A stretch of 45,087 nucleotides of DNA, from positions 1-45,087 of IMG/VR virus record IMGVR_UViG_3300037044_000019. The stretch is one strand, 5' to 3'. A model generated the notes under the pieces. The model did no database searches and was not told where the DNA came from. It was given only the letters and a program-made list of their open reading frames with translations. Positions 18,209-27,482 of the stretch are shown here, in pieces (position 1 is the first letter of the stretch; each line of letters begins with the position of its first letter). Source of the DNA: a virus (lineage: Duplodnaviria > Caudoviricetes). Position numbers and translations under genes: made by a program.

Positions 18209-18433
18209 ATGACCGTGGAATTTCGCTGTGGGCACACGCTGGACCTGCCGCGCAACGTGGCGGCGGCCCCGGTCTGTCCCTGCGGGGAGCGGATTGTGTC
18301 GCGGGTGAGCGGGGCGGTGCCCCGGTTCGTCGGCACCTGCTCGGGGCCGTATGCCGAGACGCAGGCGCTGGAACCGGCGATGGTGGACGTGGCCCCGGCG
18401 GGACCGTTGCGGCTCAAGCCGCCCAAGGAGTAG
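18209..18433 (+). CDS. small Zn-ribbon-like protein
   Basis: FRCGH...CPCGE. Confidence 0.55.
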   Translation: MTVEFRCGHTLDLPRNVAAAPVCPCGERIVSRVSGAVPRFVGTCSGPYAETQALEPAMVDVAPAGPLRLKPPKE

Positions 18434-18436
18434 ACG

Positions 18437-19234
18437 ATGGCGATGCCCAGTTACGGCGTGACCTTCATGCCCCAAGGCGATGCGGTGTACCGCAAGGACG
18501 GGGGCGCGGACACGGCCGGCGTGACGCCGATTCAGGAAGCGGTCAAGGTGCTGAGTCTGCGCGTGCCGAAGGTGCTGGGCAACAACCCGCTCGCGCCCCT
18601 GGCCCTGCTGACCGCGCCCGGGGGCGGGGCGTTGCCGGCCGGGATGCTTGAGGCCCTGATGCGGCAGCGGTTCGGCCCGGCTGCTGAAATCATGGGCCAA
18701 CCGAATCTGACGCCCCCACCCGCGCAGACCCCGCAGGCTCCCGTCACCCCGCCGCCGGCTTCGGTGTCTACCTCCCCACCGCAGTCGGCCCCGCCTCCGG
18801 TGCCGCAGCCCGTGGTCGCCGGGACGGGGGCGTCAGAACCGCCACCGGTGGGACCGCCGCCGGTCGCGCAACCCTTCTCGGGCGTGGCGTCTCCGGCGCA
18901 GATGGGGCAGGCCGTGCAGCCGATTCCGGCATCAGCCCCGGTGGTGCGCCCGTCTGTGACCGGAGCGCCGAGTAACCCGGTGATTCAGGCCCCGCAACCG
19001 GCCCCGGTGCAGCCGATGCCGCCGATGCCGGTGCCGATGCCGAACGTGCGGCCGGGGGCGTTGCCGGACCAGCCTGCGCCGAGTCCGATGCCAGTTCCGG
19101 AACCGCCGCCGGTGGTGCCGCCGATGCCGGTCGAGCCGCCACCGATGGAGTCGTCGCCCTACGGGGCACTGGACCGGGAAGTGGATCCGGATTGGCGCGA
19201 ACTCCAGCGGTTGCTGCGGCTGATGCGGGTGTGA
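18437..19234 (+). CDS. Pro-rich low-complexity protein
   Basis: ordered N-terminus then about 170 aa very Pro-rich; GGAG RBS. Confidence 0.65.
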   Translation: MAMPSYGVTFMPQGDAVYRKDGGADTAGVTPIQEAVKVLSLRVPKVLGNNPLAPLALLTAPGGGALPAGMLEALMRQRFGPAAEIMGQPNLTPPPAQTPQAPVTPPPASVSTSPPQSAPPPVPQPVVAGTGASEPPPVGPPPVAQPFSGVASPAQMGQAVQPIPASAPVVRPSVTGAPSNPVIQAPQPAPVQPMPPMPVPMPNVRPGALPDQPAPSPMPVPEPPPVVPPMPVEPPPMESSPYGALDREVDPDWRELQRLLRLMRV

Positions 19235-19236
19235 GC

Positions 19237-21129
19237 ATGGCGAAAAAGGGCACGCGGAAGCTCGGCGCGGACAACACCTATCAGGTGCTGGACCAGTCCG
19301 ACCTCACGGGCGGGCTGGACCTGCGCCGGTCCCCGACGCTCATTGCCCCGACCCGCGCCCGCACCCTCACCAATTACTCCCTGGGCGAGCCTGGGGCGCT
19401 CGTGGTGCGTCCCGGCTACGCGGCCTGGTCCACGACCAATCTCGGCTCCACGGGCGGGCAGGGCGGCGTGCGGGCCTATCTCGGCTCGACGCAGACCACG
19501 CTCCTGGCCTGGGGCGGCGGCGTCTACCAGCCCACGGACGCGGGTGTCCTCAGCACCACGCCGGTCCTCACGGGCCTCAGCGCCACCGAACCGATCCACT
19601 TCGTCTATGACCGGAACCTGATCGCGGTCATGGACAGCACCAGCGTTCCGCAGAAGTCCACGAACGGCACGGACTGGACCCGCCTCGGGATTGTCGCCCC
19701 GTCCGCGCCCTCGACCCTCACGGCGTCCACGGCGGCCTCGGACCTCAGCACGTCCGAGTTCGAGGTCGCCTACACGTACAAGGACCGGGGGCTGGTCTAC
19801 GAATCGGACGGGTCGGACGGCTCCACGATTACCCTGACCTCCACCGGGTCGATCACGGTCAACGTCAAGAACTCGACCGACCCGCAGGTGGACGCGATTG
19901 TCCTCTACGCCAGGAACCTGACGGCCGGGGAGACGGTGTTCCGCAAGGTGTCAAGCGGCGTGCAGTCCTCGGGCGCGTCGTCCACGTTCGCCATCACGTC
20001 CTCGGCGTGGTCGGCCAACGCGGAGATTCCGACGACGCACGGCCACGCGCCGATTCTCGGGTTCGCCGTGAACTGGAAGAACCGCTGGTGGGCGCGGGAT
20101 GCGACGGTCGGCAACCGGCTGTGGTTCACGGAGCTATTCCAGCCCCAAGCCTGGTACGCGTTCTACTACATCGATATTCCGTTCGAGCGGGGCGACGAGA
20201 TTACGGCCATCATCCCGCAGGGTGATACGCTGCTCGTGTTCGGCGGAACGAAGCCCTACCTGGTGATTGGCCAGACCTCGCTGGATTTCGAGGTGCGCCC
20301 AAGTGCGGCCGCGCAAGCCGGGGCATTCGGGCCTCGGGCGGTGGAAGTGGTCGAGCAGGGCGTCCTGCACGCGGCGTCCGAGGGCGTGTTCCTGTTCGAC
20401 GGGGCCACGGACCAACTCCTGTCCTTCGACATTGAACCGGCCTGGCGGGATCTGGTCGAGAACACGGCCTCCACGTCCTTGGCGAAGGTCGCGCTGGTCT
20501 ATGACTACCTGAACAAGGAAATCCGCGTGTCCGTGCCCCGGTTGTATCCGACCGCAGCGGCCGGCGAATGGGTGCTGGATTTGACGCGCACGCGGGAAGG
20601 CCAGTCCCCGGCGTGGACCGCCACCGACCGCAGCATCGGCGGGTATATCGCGTGGAACGGCGACGAGCCGGTGTCCGGGCAGCGCGGGATCCTGCTGTCC
20701 TGGGATCCGTCCGAAGGCCGGGTGTGGCGCGAGTCCTACGGGACGCAGGCCAACAGCAGCAACATGGTCGCGCAGTTCGAGGGGCCGCACTTCACCGTGG
20801 GGCTGCACAAGGCCCGGTTCGTGGACGTGCATATTGAATGCGAGCCGGCCGATGGCACGTTCGAGCTGGAGCCGTTCGTGGACAACATCAGCCAGGGGAC
20901 GATCCCGCTGTCGATTGGCGGCGGCCAGGCGGTCTACGGCACGGCGGTCTACGGGACAGCGACCTATGCCGGGGTCGGGCGGTTGAAAGCCTACACCCCC
21001 CTGCCGTTGCAGGCCGAGGGGCGTTCGGTGTGGCTGAAGACGGTCTACACCGGGTCCGACCGGCACCGGGTCTTCACGCACACGATTGGACTCGTCCCAG
21101 AGACGGTCCCCCGTCAGTTTGGAGAATGA
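19237..21129 (+). CDS. tail nozzle / tubular B-like beta-propeller protein
   Basis: ~630 aa; DLTGGLD start, N..L.EPGALVVRPGY, WKNRWW..NRLWFTE, GDEITAI motifs of podovirus nozzle proteins; 14 ST dipeptides. Confidence 0.75.
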   Translation: MAKKGTRKLGADNTYQVLDQSDLTGGLDLRRSPTLIAPTRARTLTNYSLGEPGALVVRPGYAAWSTTNLGSTGGQGGVRAYLGSTQTTLLAWGGGVYQPTDAGVLSTTPVLTGLSATEPIHFVYDRNLIAVMDSTSVPQKSTNGTDWTRLGIVAPSAPSTLTASTAASDLSTSEFEVAYTYKDRGLVYESDGSDGSTITLTSTGSITVNVKNSTDPQVDAIVLYARNLTAGETVFRKVSSGVQSSGASSTFAITSSAWSANAEIPTTHGHAPILGFAVNWKNRWWARDATVGNRLWFTELFQPQAWYAFYYIDIPFERGDEITAIIPQGDTLLVFGGTKPYLVIGQTSLDFEVRPSAAAQAGAFGPRAVEVVEQGVLHAASEGVFLFDGATDQLLSFDIEPAWRDLVENTASTSLAKVALVYDYLNKEIRVSVPRLYPTAAAGEWVLDLTRTREGQSPAWTATDRSIGGYIAWNGDEPVSGQRGILLSWDPSEGRVWRESYGTQANSSNMVAQFEGPHFTVGLHKARFVDVHIECEPADGTFELEPFVDNISQGTIPLSIGGGQAVYGTAVYGTATYAGVGRLKAYTPLPLQAEGRSVWLKTVYTGSDRHRVFTHTIGLVPETVPRQFGE

Positions 21130-21132
21130 CCG

Positions 21133-22038
21133 ATGGCCTCGTATCCCAACAGCGTCAAAACGTTTACGGTCAAGGCCGATGGAGCCACCGTCTTCGCCGC
21201 GCACCCCAACGACCTGCAAAACGAGGTCACGGCGATGGAGACGGCGCTGCTCACCTCCGGGCTGGCGCACAACCTGAACCCGTCAGCGGACGCCACGCGC
21301 AGCCTCGGGTCCACGGCCTTGCGCTGGATCATCCACGGGTCGCAGATTACCACGGGCACCCTCAGCCCGGCCGCACTCTCGACGGGGGCGTTCAGTTCCG
21401 GCGTCACGATTGGCGCACCGCAGGTCAGTAGCGGGGCGCTCTCGAGCGGCGTGACCATCGGGGCCGCGCAGGTGTCAAGCGGGGCGCTGTCGTCGGGCGT
21501 GGTGATTGGCCCGGGCCAGATCAGCAGCGGGGCGCTGTCTACGCTCGTGACCGTGGACGCCGCGCAGGTCCAGAACCTCCGCACGATGGCCGCGTGCCTG
21601 GTGTCGCTGGACACCAACGTGTCCGTGGTCAAGAACACCGAAGTCAGCCCGGACTGGCTGGTCGAGGACGACGACAAGTCGGGGATGCACTCGACCGCCG
21701 CCAACTCGTCCCGCATCACGTTCACGGCCTCCACGGGCCTCTATGCCGTGGGCGTGTCCGTGGCCTTCTCGACGGCGGCGACGGCGACGGGCCGGAACCA
21801 GTATGTGCGGATCGTGGCGAACGATACGACCACGGTCGCCTGTGAGTCCATGCCCCACATTCTCGAGTTCATGGCCGCCAACGTCACCCGGCAGACCGTT
21901 GAAGGCGTCTACCGCGCCACGTCCACCACAGAGTTCGTGACGGTGCGGGTCTATCAGGAGTCGGACACGACCGTGAACCTGTTGAGCACGGACGTGCTGG
22001 GCGGCAAGTCGTTTTGGGCGCAACAGTTGAGCACGTAG
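21133..22038 (+). CDS. tail fibre-like protein with 16-aa repeats
   Basis: MASYPNS..F...AAHPNDLQNEVTAMETAL attachment domain; QVSSGALSSGVTIG repeats; C-terminal beta domain. Confidence 0.7.
   Translation: MASYPNSVKTFTVKADGATVFAAHPNDLQNEVTAMETALLTSGLAHNLNPSADATRSLGSTALRWIIHGSQITTGTLSPAALSTGAFSSGVTIGAPQVSSGALSSGVTIGAAQVSSGALSSGVVIGPGQISSGALSTLVTVDAAQVQNLRTMAACLVSLDTNVSVVKNTEVSPDWLVEDDDKSGMHSTAANSSRITFTASTGLYAVGVSVAFSTAATATGRNQYVRIVANDTTTVACESMPHILEFMAANVTRQTVEGVYRATSTTEFVTVRVYQESDTTVNLLSTDVLGGKSFWAQQLST
21379..21570 (+). repeat. about four imperfect 48-bp (16-aa) tandem repeats
   Basis: STGAFSSGVTIGAPQV/SSGALSSGVTIGAAQV/SSGALSSGVVIGPGQI/SSGALSTLVTVDAAQV. Confidence 0.85.
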
Positions 22039-22059
22039 GGCGTACAATAGGCGGCGGAG

Positions 22060-22245
22060 GTGAGCATGGACCGATGTGAGGCGTTGGCGATTCAGGTCAT
22101 CATCACGGAGTACGACGAGGACGGGCGGGCCGTGGGCGAGAAGGTGTCGAACCCACAGAAGGTGTTCCGCGTGAAACTGGATGCCTTCCTGAAGGAAGTG
22201 GACGAGGCGGTGGCGAAGGGGATGCCGCCGGAGGAACAGGGCTAG
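22060..22245 (+). CDS. hypothetical protein
   Basis: GGAGG RBS; about 60 aa. Confidence 0.55.
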   Translation: MSMDRCEALAIQVIITEYDEDGRAVGEKVSNPQKVFRVKLDAFLKEVDEAVAKGMPPEEQG

Positions 22246-22246
22246 C

Positions 22247-22609
22247 ATGGCCACCTCATCGTATGTCGAATCGCTCATGGGCGGCCTAACCCGCGAGATG
22301 CGGGCCACGTTTAAACGCGTCTTCGACTATACGTTGAGTAACCTCCGCTTTGGCCCCCCGGTGCATCAGAACCGGGCGGAGAACATTCAGGCGTACTGGT
22401 TGACCGCCACGACGCCGACGACGGCGAACGAAGAATTCTCGATTGCCCACGGGCTGGCCCGCACGCCGTATCTGGCGATTCCGGTCTTGCCCGTGACGGC
22501 GGTCGGGGCGGCGACGGTCAATCTACAGGTCACGCGGGCGGCTGATGCCAGCCGGGTCTACCTGCGGTCGCCATCAACGAACGTGCCTGTGTGGATCCTG
22601 TGTGAGTAG
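22247..22609 (+). CDS. putative tail-associated protein
   Basis: IAHGLARTP motif common in small tail proteins. Confidence 0.6.
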   Translation: MATSSYVESLMGGLTREMRATFKRVFDYTLSNLRFGPPVHQNRAENIQAYWLTATTPTTANEEFSIAHGLARTPYLAIPVLPVTAVGAATVNLQVTRAADASRVYLRSPSTNVPVWILCE

Positions 22610-22612
22610 AAC

Positions 22613-23404
22613 ATGAGCGAGCCGATCAAGCGCGTTTGCATAGCCGGTACGGCCCCGAGCATCAAGCTCATCCCGTGGGATGATCCGACGCTGGAGGTCT
22701 GGCAACTGAACGACATGCACCTGATCCCGACCCCCCGGGCTGACCGGTGGTTCGATTTGCACCCCTTCGAGCATTTCTACTTCCGCCCGCCTGGCCAGAA
22801 GATCAACGCGCTGGACGTGCCGGTGGGCACCTACGTGCGCCCAACCGGGCACATTGAATGGTTGGCCAAGCAGTCGATCCCGGTCTATCTCCAGAAGCCG
22901 GACCCGCGTGTGCCTCGTGGCATCGTGTTCCCGCGTGCCGAGGTCGAGGCCCGGTTCGGCCAGTGGTTCGACTCGACCCCGGCGTGGATGTTGGGGCTGG
23001 CTTTGCTGGAGGGCTACCAGGAAATTCACATCTACGGCATCCACCTGGCCACGGAGTGGGAATACCAGAAACAGAAGCCGAACATGACGTATCTGTGTGG
23101 GCTGGCGGCGGGCATGGGCGTGAAGGTCATCACGCCGGTCGAAAGTCCGCTGCTCCGGGCCACGCACCAGTATGCGTATGAGCGGGATCCGGCGTTGCCG
23201 GTGACGGCGGCCCAGCGGGAGTTGCAGCGCCGGCAGCAGATGCTGGCGCAGTTGGAGACGGCGGCGAAGGGCATCCCGTGGTGGCGGCGGGGCGCGAAGG
23301 CGCAGGCGCAGGCCCGGGTCTGGCGCGGCAAGGCGGAGACGTTGGACGCACAACTGGCGATTGACTACGCCGTGGCACGCAAGCGGGCCACGTCGCCCGT
23401 GTAG
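22613..23404 (+). CDS. CstII(GT42)/Maf(DUF115)-like putative ulosonate transferase
   Basis: RVCIAGTAPS, VWQLND and STPAWMLGLALLEGYQEIHIYGIHL parallel CstII IIAGNGPS, VFRCNQ and TSG.YM..VA.ALGYKEIYLSGID. Confidence 0.6.
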   Translation: MSEPIKRVCIAGTAPSIKLIPWDDPTLEVWQLNDMHLIPTPRADRWFDLHPFEHFYFRPPGQKINALDVPVGTYVRPTGHIEWLAKQSIPVYLQKPDPRVPRGIVFPRAEVEARFGQWFDSTPAWMLGLALLEGYQEIHIYGIHLATEWEYQKQKPNMTYLCGLAAGMGVKVITPVESPLLRATHQYAYERDPALPVTAAQRELQRRQQMLAQLETAAKGIPWWRRGAKAQAQARVWRGKAETLDAQLAIDYAVARKRATSPV

Positions 23405-23414
23405 GAGAACGATC

Positions 23415-23861
23415 ATGGCATGGAGCGCACTGATTCCGGTGATTGCAGCCTTGGCGGGCGGCATGTTCGGCCGATCCTCGTCAGGGAGTTCGTCCAGTGG
23501 GTCCATGTCGCCATCGGTGCTGGACCCGCAGATGATGGAGTTGCTGAACGAGCAGCGGATGCGGCAGCGGTTGCAGAACCCGTTGTTCGAGGAAACGACG
23601 CAGTTGATGCGGTCCCTGATGCCGAAAGGTGCCCGGCCCACGTCCTACGTGCTGCCGAGCAATATCACGTCCAGCCCGGAGCCGTTGCCGAATACGGACC
23701 CAACGCCGCAGGATCCGAACCCGCCGGCGTCGATGCCGTCGAGTTGGCAGGGCGCGTCTGGTATGTCGGGCGCCCAGGGCACACCGGACATCGCCCGGGC
23801 GATTCAGATGCTGTCGGGCGGGCTGTCCCCGTTCACGAAGGCCCAGTTGTTCCGCCGGTAG
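23415..23861 (+). CDS. putative internal virion (ejection) protein
   Basis: hydrophobic Gly/Ala N-terminus then Ser-rich stretch; position after tail genes. Confidence 0.6.
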   Translation: MAWSALIPVIAALAGGMFGRSSSGSSSSGSMSPSVLDPQMMELLNEQRMRQRLQNPLFEETTQLMRSLMPKGARPTSYVLPSNITSSPEPLPNTDPTPQDPNPPASMPSSWQGASGMSGAQGTPDIARAIQMLSGGLSPFTKAQLFRR

Positions 23862-23870
23862 GAGTGCATC

Positions 23871-25919
23871 ATGGCCATCCCCCTGATTCCGAAGCCCGCT
23901 GAGGATTGGGTGCAAGCCGGTGACGGCTGGGTACCGCCGGGCCACCCGCTGGCGCAGACGCAGGCCAAGCCTGCCGCGACCCCCGCGCCGACGTTGCCGG
24001 TGCTGCCGAGTGGGACACCGGCCCGCCCGTCGAACACGGCCCCGTCGCCCAATGTCGGGGTGAAGCCAACGGCTCCGACGCCGACGATGCCGAAGCCAGC
24101 CCCGGATTGGGTGGCCTATGGGGACGGCTGGGTGCCCCCCACGCACCCGTTGATTACGGGGGTGTATGACCGGCCCAACCTCGTCACGAAGCCCGCCACG
24201 CAGCCCGTGGTGCCGTCCTATCAGGCACCTGGGGCGACGGCGAGCGCAGCAGCCGGCCAGACGGCGGGGGTGAGTTCGGCGGATGCAGGCGGGGACACTA
24301 AGGAATACCCGCCCATTGTGGGCGCGGCGGGCTTGGAAACCCTGCCCTACCTGAGCACGCTTGACGGGTTCGACCACAACAAACTGGCGAACCCGAACCA
24401 CATGACGATCAAGTATCAGCTTGGTCGCCTGTTCGCCCGGTACCCGCCGACCCCGGCCGGCATGGAAGCCCTGGTGAAAGACCCGGACTTTCAGCGTCTC
24501 GGCGTGCAGGCCGTGGGCGGGGGCAACATCCGGCTCAGTGACGGCACTGTGGTGGACGTGATCCAGAAGTTCCAGCAGGGCGGGGGCCGGTGGTGGTGGG
24601 GGTATCCCGACGCCACGACCGGCACGACGCCGACCCCGGGCGGGACCGCGCCGGGCGGCACATCACCCGGGGGCACGTATCCCGGCGGGACCGGGGCCAC
24701 GCCCGGATCGGCGGGCTACTCGTGGAATGGCGAGACGTGGGTGGACAACGCCACCGGCTACATCTGGAACGGGTCGGCATGGGTGCCGGTCGCAGGCGGG
24801 GCGTCGTCCTACGTCCCCGGCATGGGCACGACCGCGCCCGGCAGCTACGACATTCCGGGCTACGGGTCGGACGTGACCAGCTCGGAGTTTACGGACCCGA
24901 CCACGGCCAACCTGGAATCGCTGCTCAACTGGCGCATCAACGAACTGATCAACCCGATCAACGACCCGGCGCGGCAGCAATACGCGGACCTGATTCAGCA
25001 GTATATCCAGAGCCTGAGCCAGACGGACCCGGCCATCACGAATCTGATCGGGTCGCTGGAATCGCAGGCCAAGAACTACCTGACGCACAGCGCGTTCGAG
25101 ACGATTGGGAACGAGGAAATCTCGAGACTCGCCGGGCTGGACCCACAGTATCAGGCGGCGGCGAACAAGCGCCTCGGGCAGCTCGAGGCCGACCCCTACA
25201 CCGGGGCCGAGTGGGAGATGTACCGCACGGCCACGCTCGACCCGATTGAGCGGGACCGCACGGCGGCCCGGGACCGGGCCTTGGCGGAAATCTCGGCGCG
25301 GGGCTTCGACCCGCAATCGGGGATTGCCCAGCAGATGTTGCGGGAAGTGGACCGGGCGTTTGACGAGAACCGGGCACGCGAACAGGGCAACCTGGGCCGG
25401 GCGCGGGTTGAACAGCGCATGGCGCGGCAGGGCGAAGCGTTCGACGCGCAGACGGCGATGGACGCGTTGCTGAACAGCCGCCGCACGCAGCGCACGGACC
25501 TGGCGCAGACCTTGGCCGACTGGACCGCGAACCGGGGCGAACGGGCCGCGCAGTTGTACGGCACGCTGGCCGAGATTCCCACGGCCCGGGCGCAACAGCA
25601 GTTGCAGGGGGCGCAGACCCTGGACGCGCTGAGCCAGTCGGTGCGGGGCGAGGAACAGTCGCGGCGGAGCGAGGCGCTGGCCTTGCAGGGGCTGCTGGCG
25701 GAACTGCCCGAACGCCGGTTGCAGTTGGCCTTGGCCACGTTGGGCGAAGGCTCGACGCCGGAGTCGATGATGAACTCGCTGGCGCAGTTGGCCGGGCTGT
25801 CGAACCAGCGGCAGGCGACGAGTGCCGCGCAGAGTCAAGCGAACTGGACGGGGATCGGGTCGCTGGCCTCGCTGATCGGGAGCTTGTTCAACAAGCCGAA
25901 CACGCAGGCCACCACGTAG
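23871..25919 (+). CDS. putative internal virion/ejection protein
   Basis: 682 aa; Pro/Thr/Gly-rich N-half with repeats, helical C-half ending GIGSLASLIGSLF. Confidence 0.65.
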   Translation: MAIPLIPKPAEDWVQAGDGWVPPGHPLAQTQAKPAATPAPTLPVLPSGTPARPSNTAPSPNVGVKPTAPTPTMPKPAPDWVAYGDGWVPPTHPLITGVYDRPNLVTKPATQPVVPSYQAPGATASAAAGQTAGVSSADAGGDTKEYPPIVGAAGLETLPYLSTLDGFDHNKLANPNHMTIKYQLGRLFARYPPTPAGMEALVKDPDFQRLGVQAVGGGNIRLSDGTVVDVIQKFQQGGGRWWWGYPDATTGTTPTPGGTAPGGTSPGGTYPGGTGATPGSAGYSWNGETWVDNATGYIWNGSAWVPVAGGASSYVPGMGTTAPGSYDIPGYGSDVTSSEFTDPTTANLESLLNWRINELINPINDPARQQYADLIQQYIQSLSQTDPAITNLIGSLESQAKNYLTHSAFETIGNEEISRLAGLDPQYQAAANKRLGQLEADPYTGAEWEMYRTATLDPIERDRTAARDRALAEISARGFDPQSGIAQQMLREVDRAFDENRAREQGNLGRARVEQRMARQGEAFDAQTAMDALLNSRRTQRTDLAQTLADWTANRGERAAQLYGTLAEIPTARAQQQLQGAQTLDALSQSVRGEEQSRRSEALALQGLLAELPERRLQLALATLGEGSTPESMMNSLAQLAGLSNQRQATSAAQSQANWTGIGSLASLIGSLFNKPNTQATT

Positions 25920-25928
25920 GAGACGACG

Positions 25929-27482
25929 ATGGCACTCCAAGACGCATTGGCCGCCCTCGGCCGGGGGATGAACCCGAACCCGAACAACGATCAGGGGTTC
26001 GCGGTGCCGCCGTCGCGCCCCGGTGCGCCTCCGATGTCGGACATGGGCGGGGGCATGGACCGCGACAAGCTCATGCAACTGCTGAAGCTCCTACCGCTGA
26101 TTCTGGCCGGGGTCAAGGGCGGGATGCCGGCCGTGGGCGGGTATGCCTCGGGGCTGGCGCAGGGCGAGCAGCGCAACCAGATGCTGGGCATGCGGCAGGA
26201 CGAGATGGCGTATGGCCGCGAACAGGACCAGATGCAGCGTCAGCGGCAGGAGGCGATGGACGCCCGGCAGCGGCAGCAGGACCATCTGGCCGAAGCCGAA
26301 CGGATGCGCCGGAACCAGCGCGAGGCCGTGACCGCCTCCACGGACGCCGCCAGTGCCGCGATGGAAAGCGCCCCGATTGAAGACGAGGTGGTGAGCGACC
26401 TGCCATTCGAGGCCGTGGTGCCGCCTGAACTTGGTGTGTATGCGGCGGCATCCCAGGCGGCGAAGGACGCAGGATACCCGGAGGCCGTCAACCGGGTGGC
26501 CCCGATGATTCGCCCGGCGTTGTCGAAGCGGAACCGCACGAACGCACAGAACTTCATGGAGCGGCTGAAAGGCGCGGACCTAGAGGCGGTGCGGACCAGT
26601 GGACAGAAGTTCCGGCCGGAGTGGGCCAACCGGGAGATGACGCTGGACGAGATCGCGGAGATGGCCGGCGTGCCAATGGGGTTGCCGCAGAAGCCCAAGG
26701 CCAAGCAGATCCGGGAAGGGGCGGGCGGGTTCTACGGCATCGACCCGGAATCACTGGAGGCCACGAAGGTGGAAGGCGTGCAGCCGAAACCGCCGGCCTC
26801 GCAGATCGGTATCGCGGGCGGGTTGTCCCCCGATGCTCTTGACATGGTGGCGCTGCTGTATACCAAGACGGGCCAGTTGCCCCCGCTCGGAATGGGCGCA
26901 GCGGCGGCCGGGCTGCGGCAGCAGATACTTACGCGGGCGGCAGAATTGGGCAACAGCCCCGACATCGCCAGCAGCATGTCCGGGTTCAAGGCTGACCAAG
27001 CCTCGCTCACGATGTTGACGAAGCGGTACGATGCGACCAAGGCGTTTGCCGACCAAGCCGCTCAGACGCTGAACGTGGCCGAACAGGTGTCGGGGGCTGT
27101 GGACCGGGGGCAGTTGCCGTCTGTCAACCGTCTCAGCAACTGGCTGCGTGGGCAGGTCGGGGACAAAGACTTGTCACGGTTGGAATATGCCATTTACACG
27201 GCCGCCCGCGACGTGGCGAAGGTCACGACCGGCGGGTCGGAATCCGTGGCCGCCCTGACGGATGCTTCGGCGTCCAACGTGGACCGACTCCTGAACGCCG
27301 CCCAAAGCCCCGAGCAGTTCAAGGCGGTGCTGGCGCAGATGCGCGTGGACATCAAGAATTACATGGCCGGGTTGCGTGACCAGCGCGATGAGGTGATGCG
27401 GCGGGTGCGGAAGGACGATGCGCCCGAAGCGGCACGCGGCGGCCGGCAAGCCCTGAAGGATCGATTGCGGGGTGGGCGATGA
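25929..27482 (+). CDS. putative internal virion/ejection protein
   Basis: 517 aa, helical, Gln/Arg-rich coil after a hydrophobic segment. Confidence 0.65.
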   Translation: MALQDALAALGRGMNPNPNNDQGFAVPPSRPGAPPMSDMGGGMDRDKLMQLLKLLPLILAGVKGGMPAVGGYASGLAQGEQRNQMLGMRQDEMAYGREQDQMQRQRQEAMDARQRQQDHLAEAERMRRNQREAVTASTDAASAAMESAPIEDEVVSDLPFEAVVPPELGVYAAASQAAKDAGYPEAVNRVAPMIRPALSKRNRTNAQNFMERLKGADLEAVRTSGQKFRPEWANREMTLDEIAEMAGVPMGLPQKPKAKQIREGAGGFYGIDPESLEATKVEGVQPKPPASQIGIAGGLSPDALDMVALLYTKTGQLPPLGMGAAAAGLRQQILTRAAELGNSPDIASSMSGFKADQASLTMLTKRYDATKAFADQAAQTLNVAEQVSGAVDRGQLPSVNRLSNWLRGQVGDKDLSRLEYAIYTAARDVAKVTTGGSESVAALTDASASNVDRLLNAAQSPEQFKAVLAQMRVDIKNYMAGLRDQRDEVMRRVRKDDAPEAARGGRQALKDRLRGGR

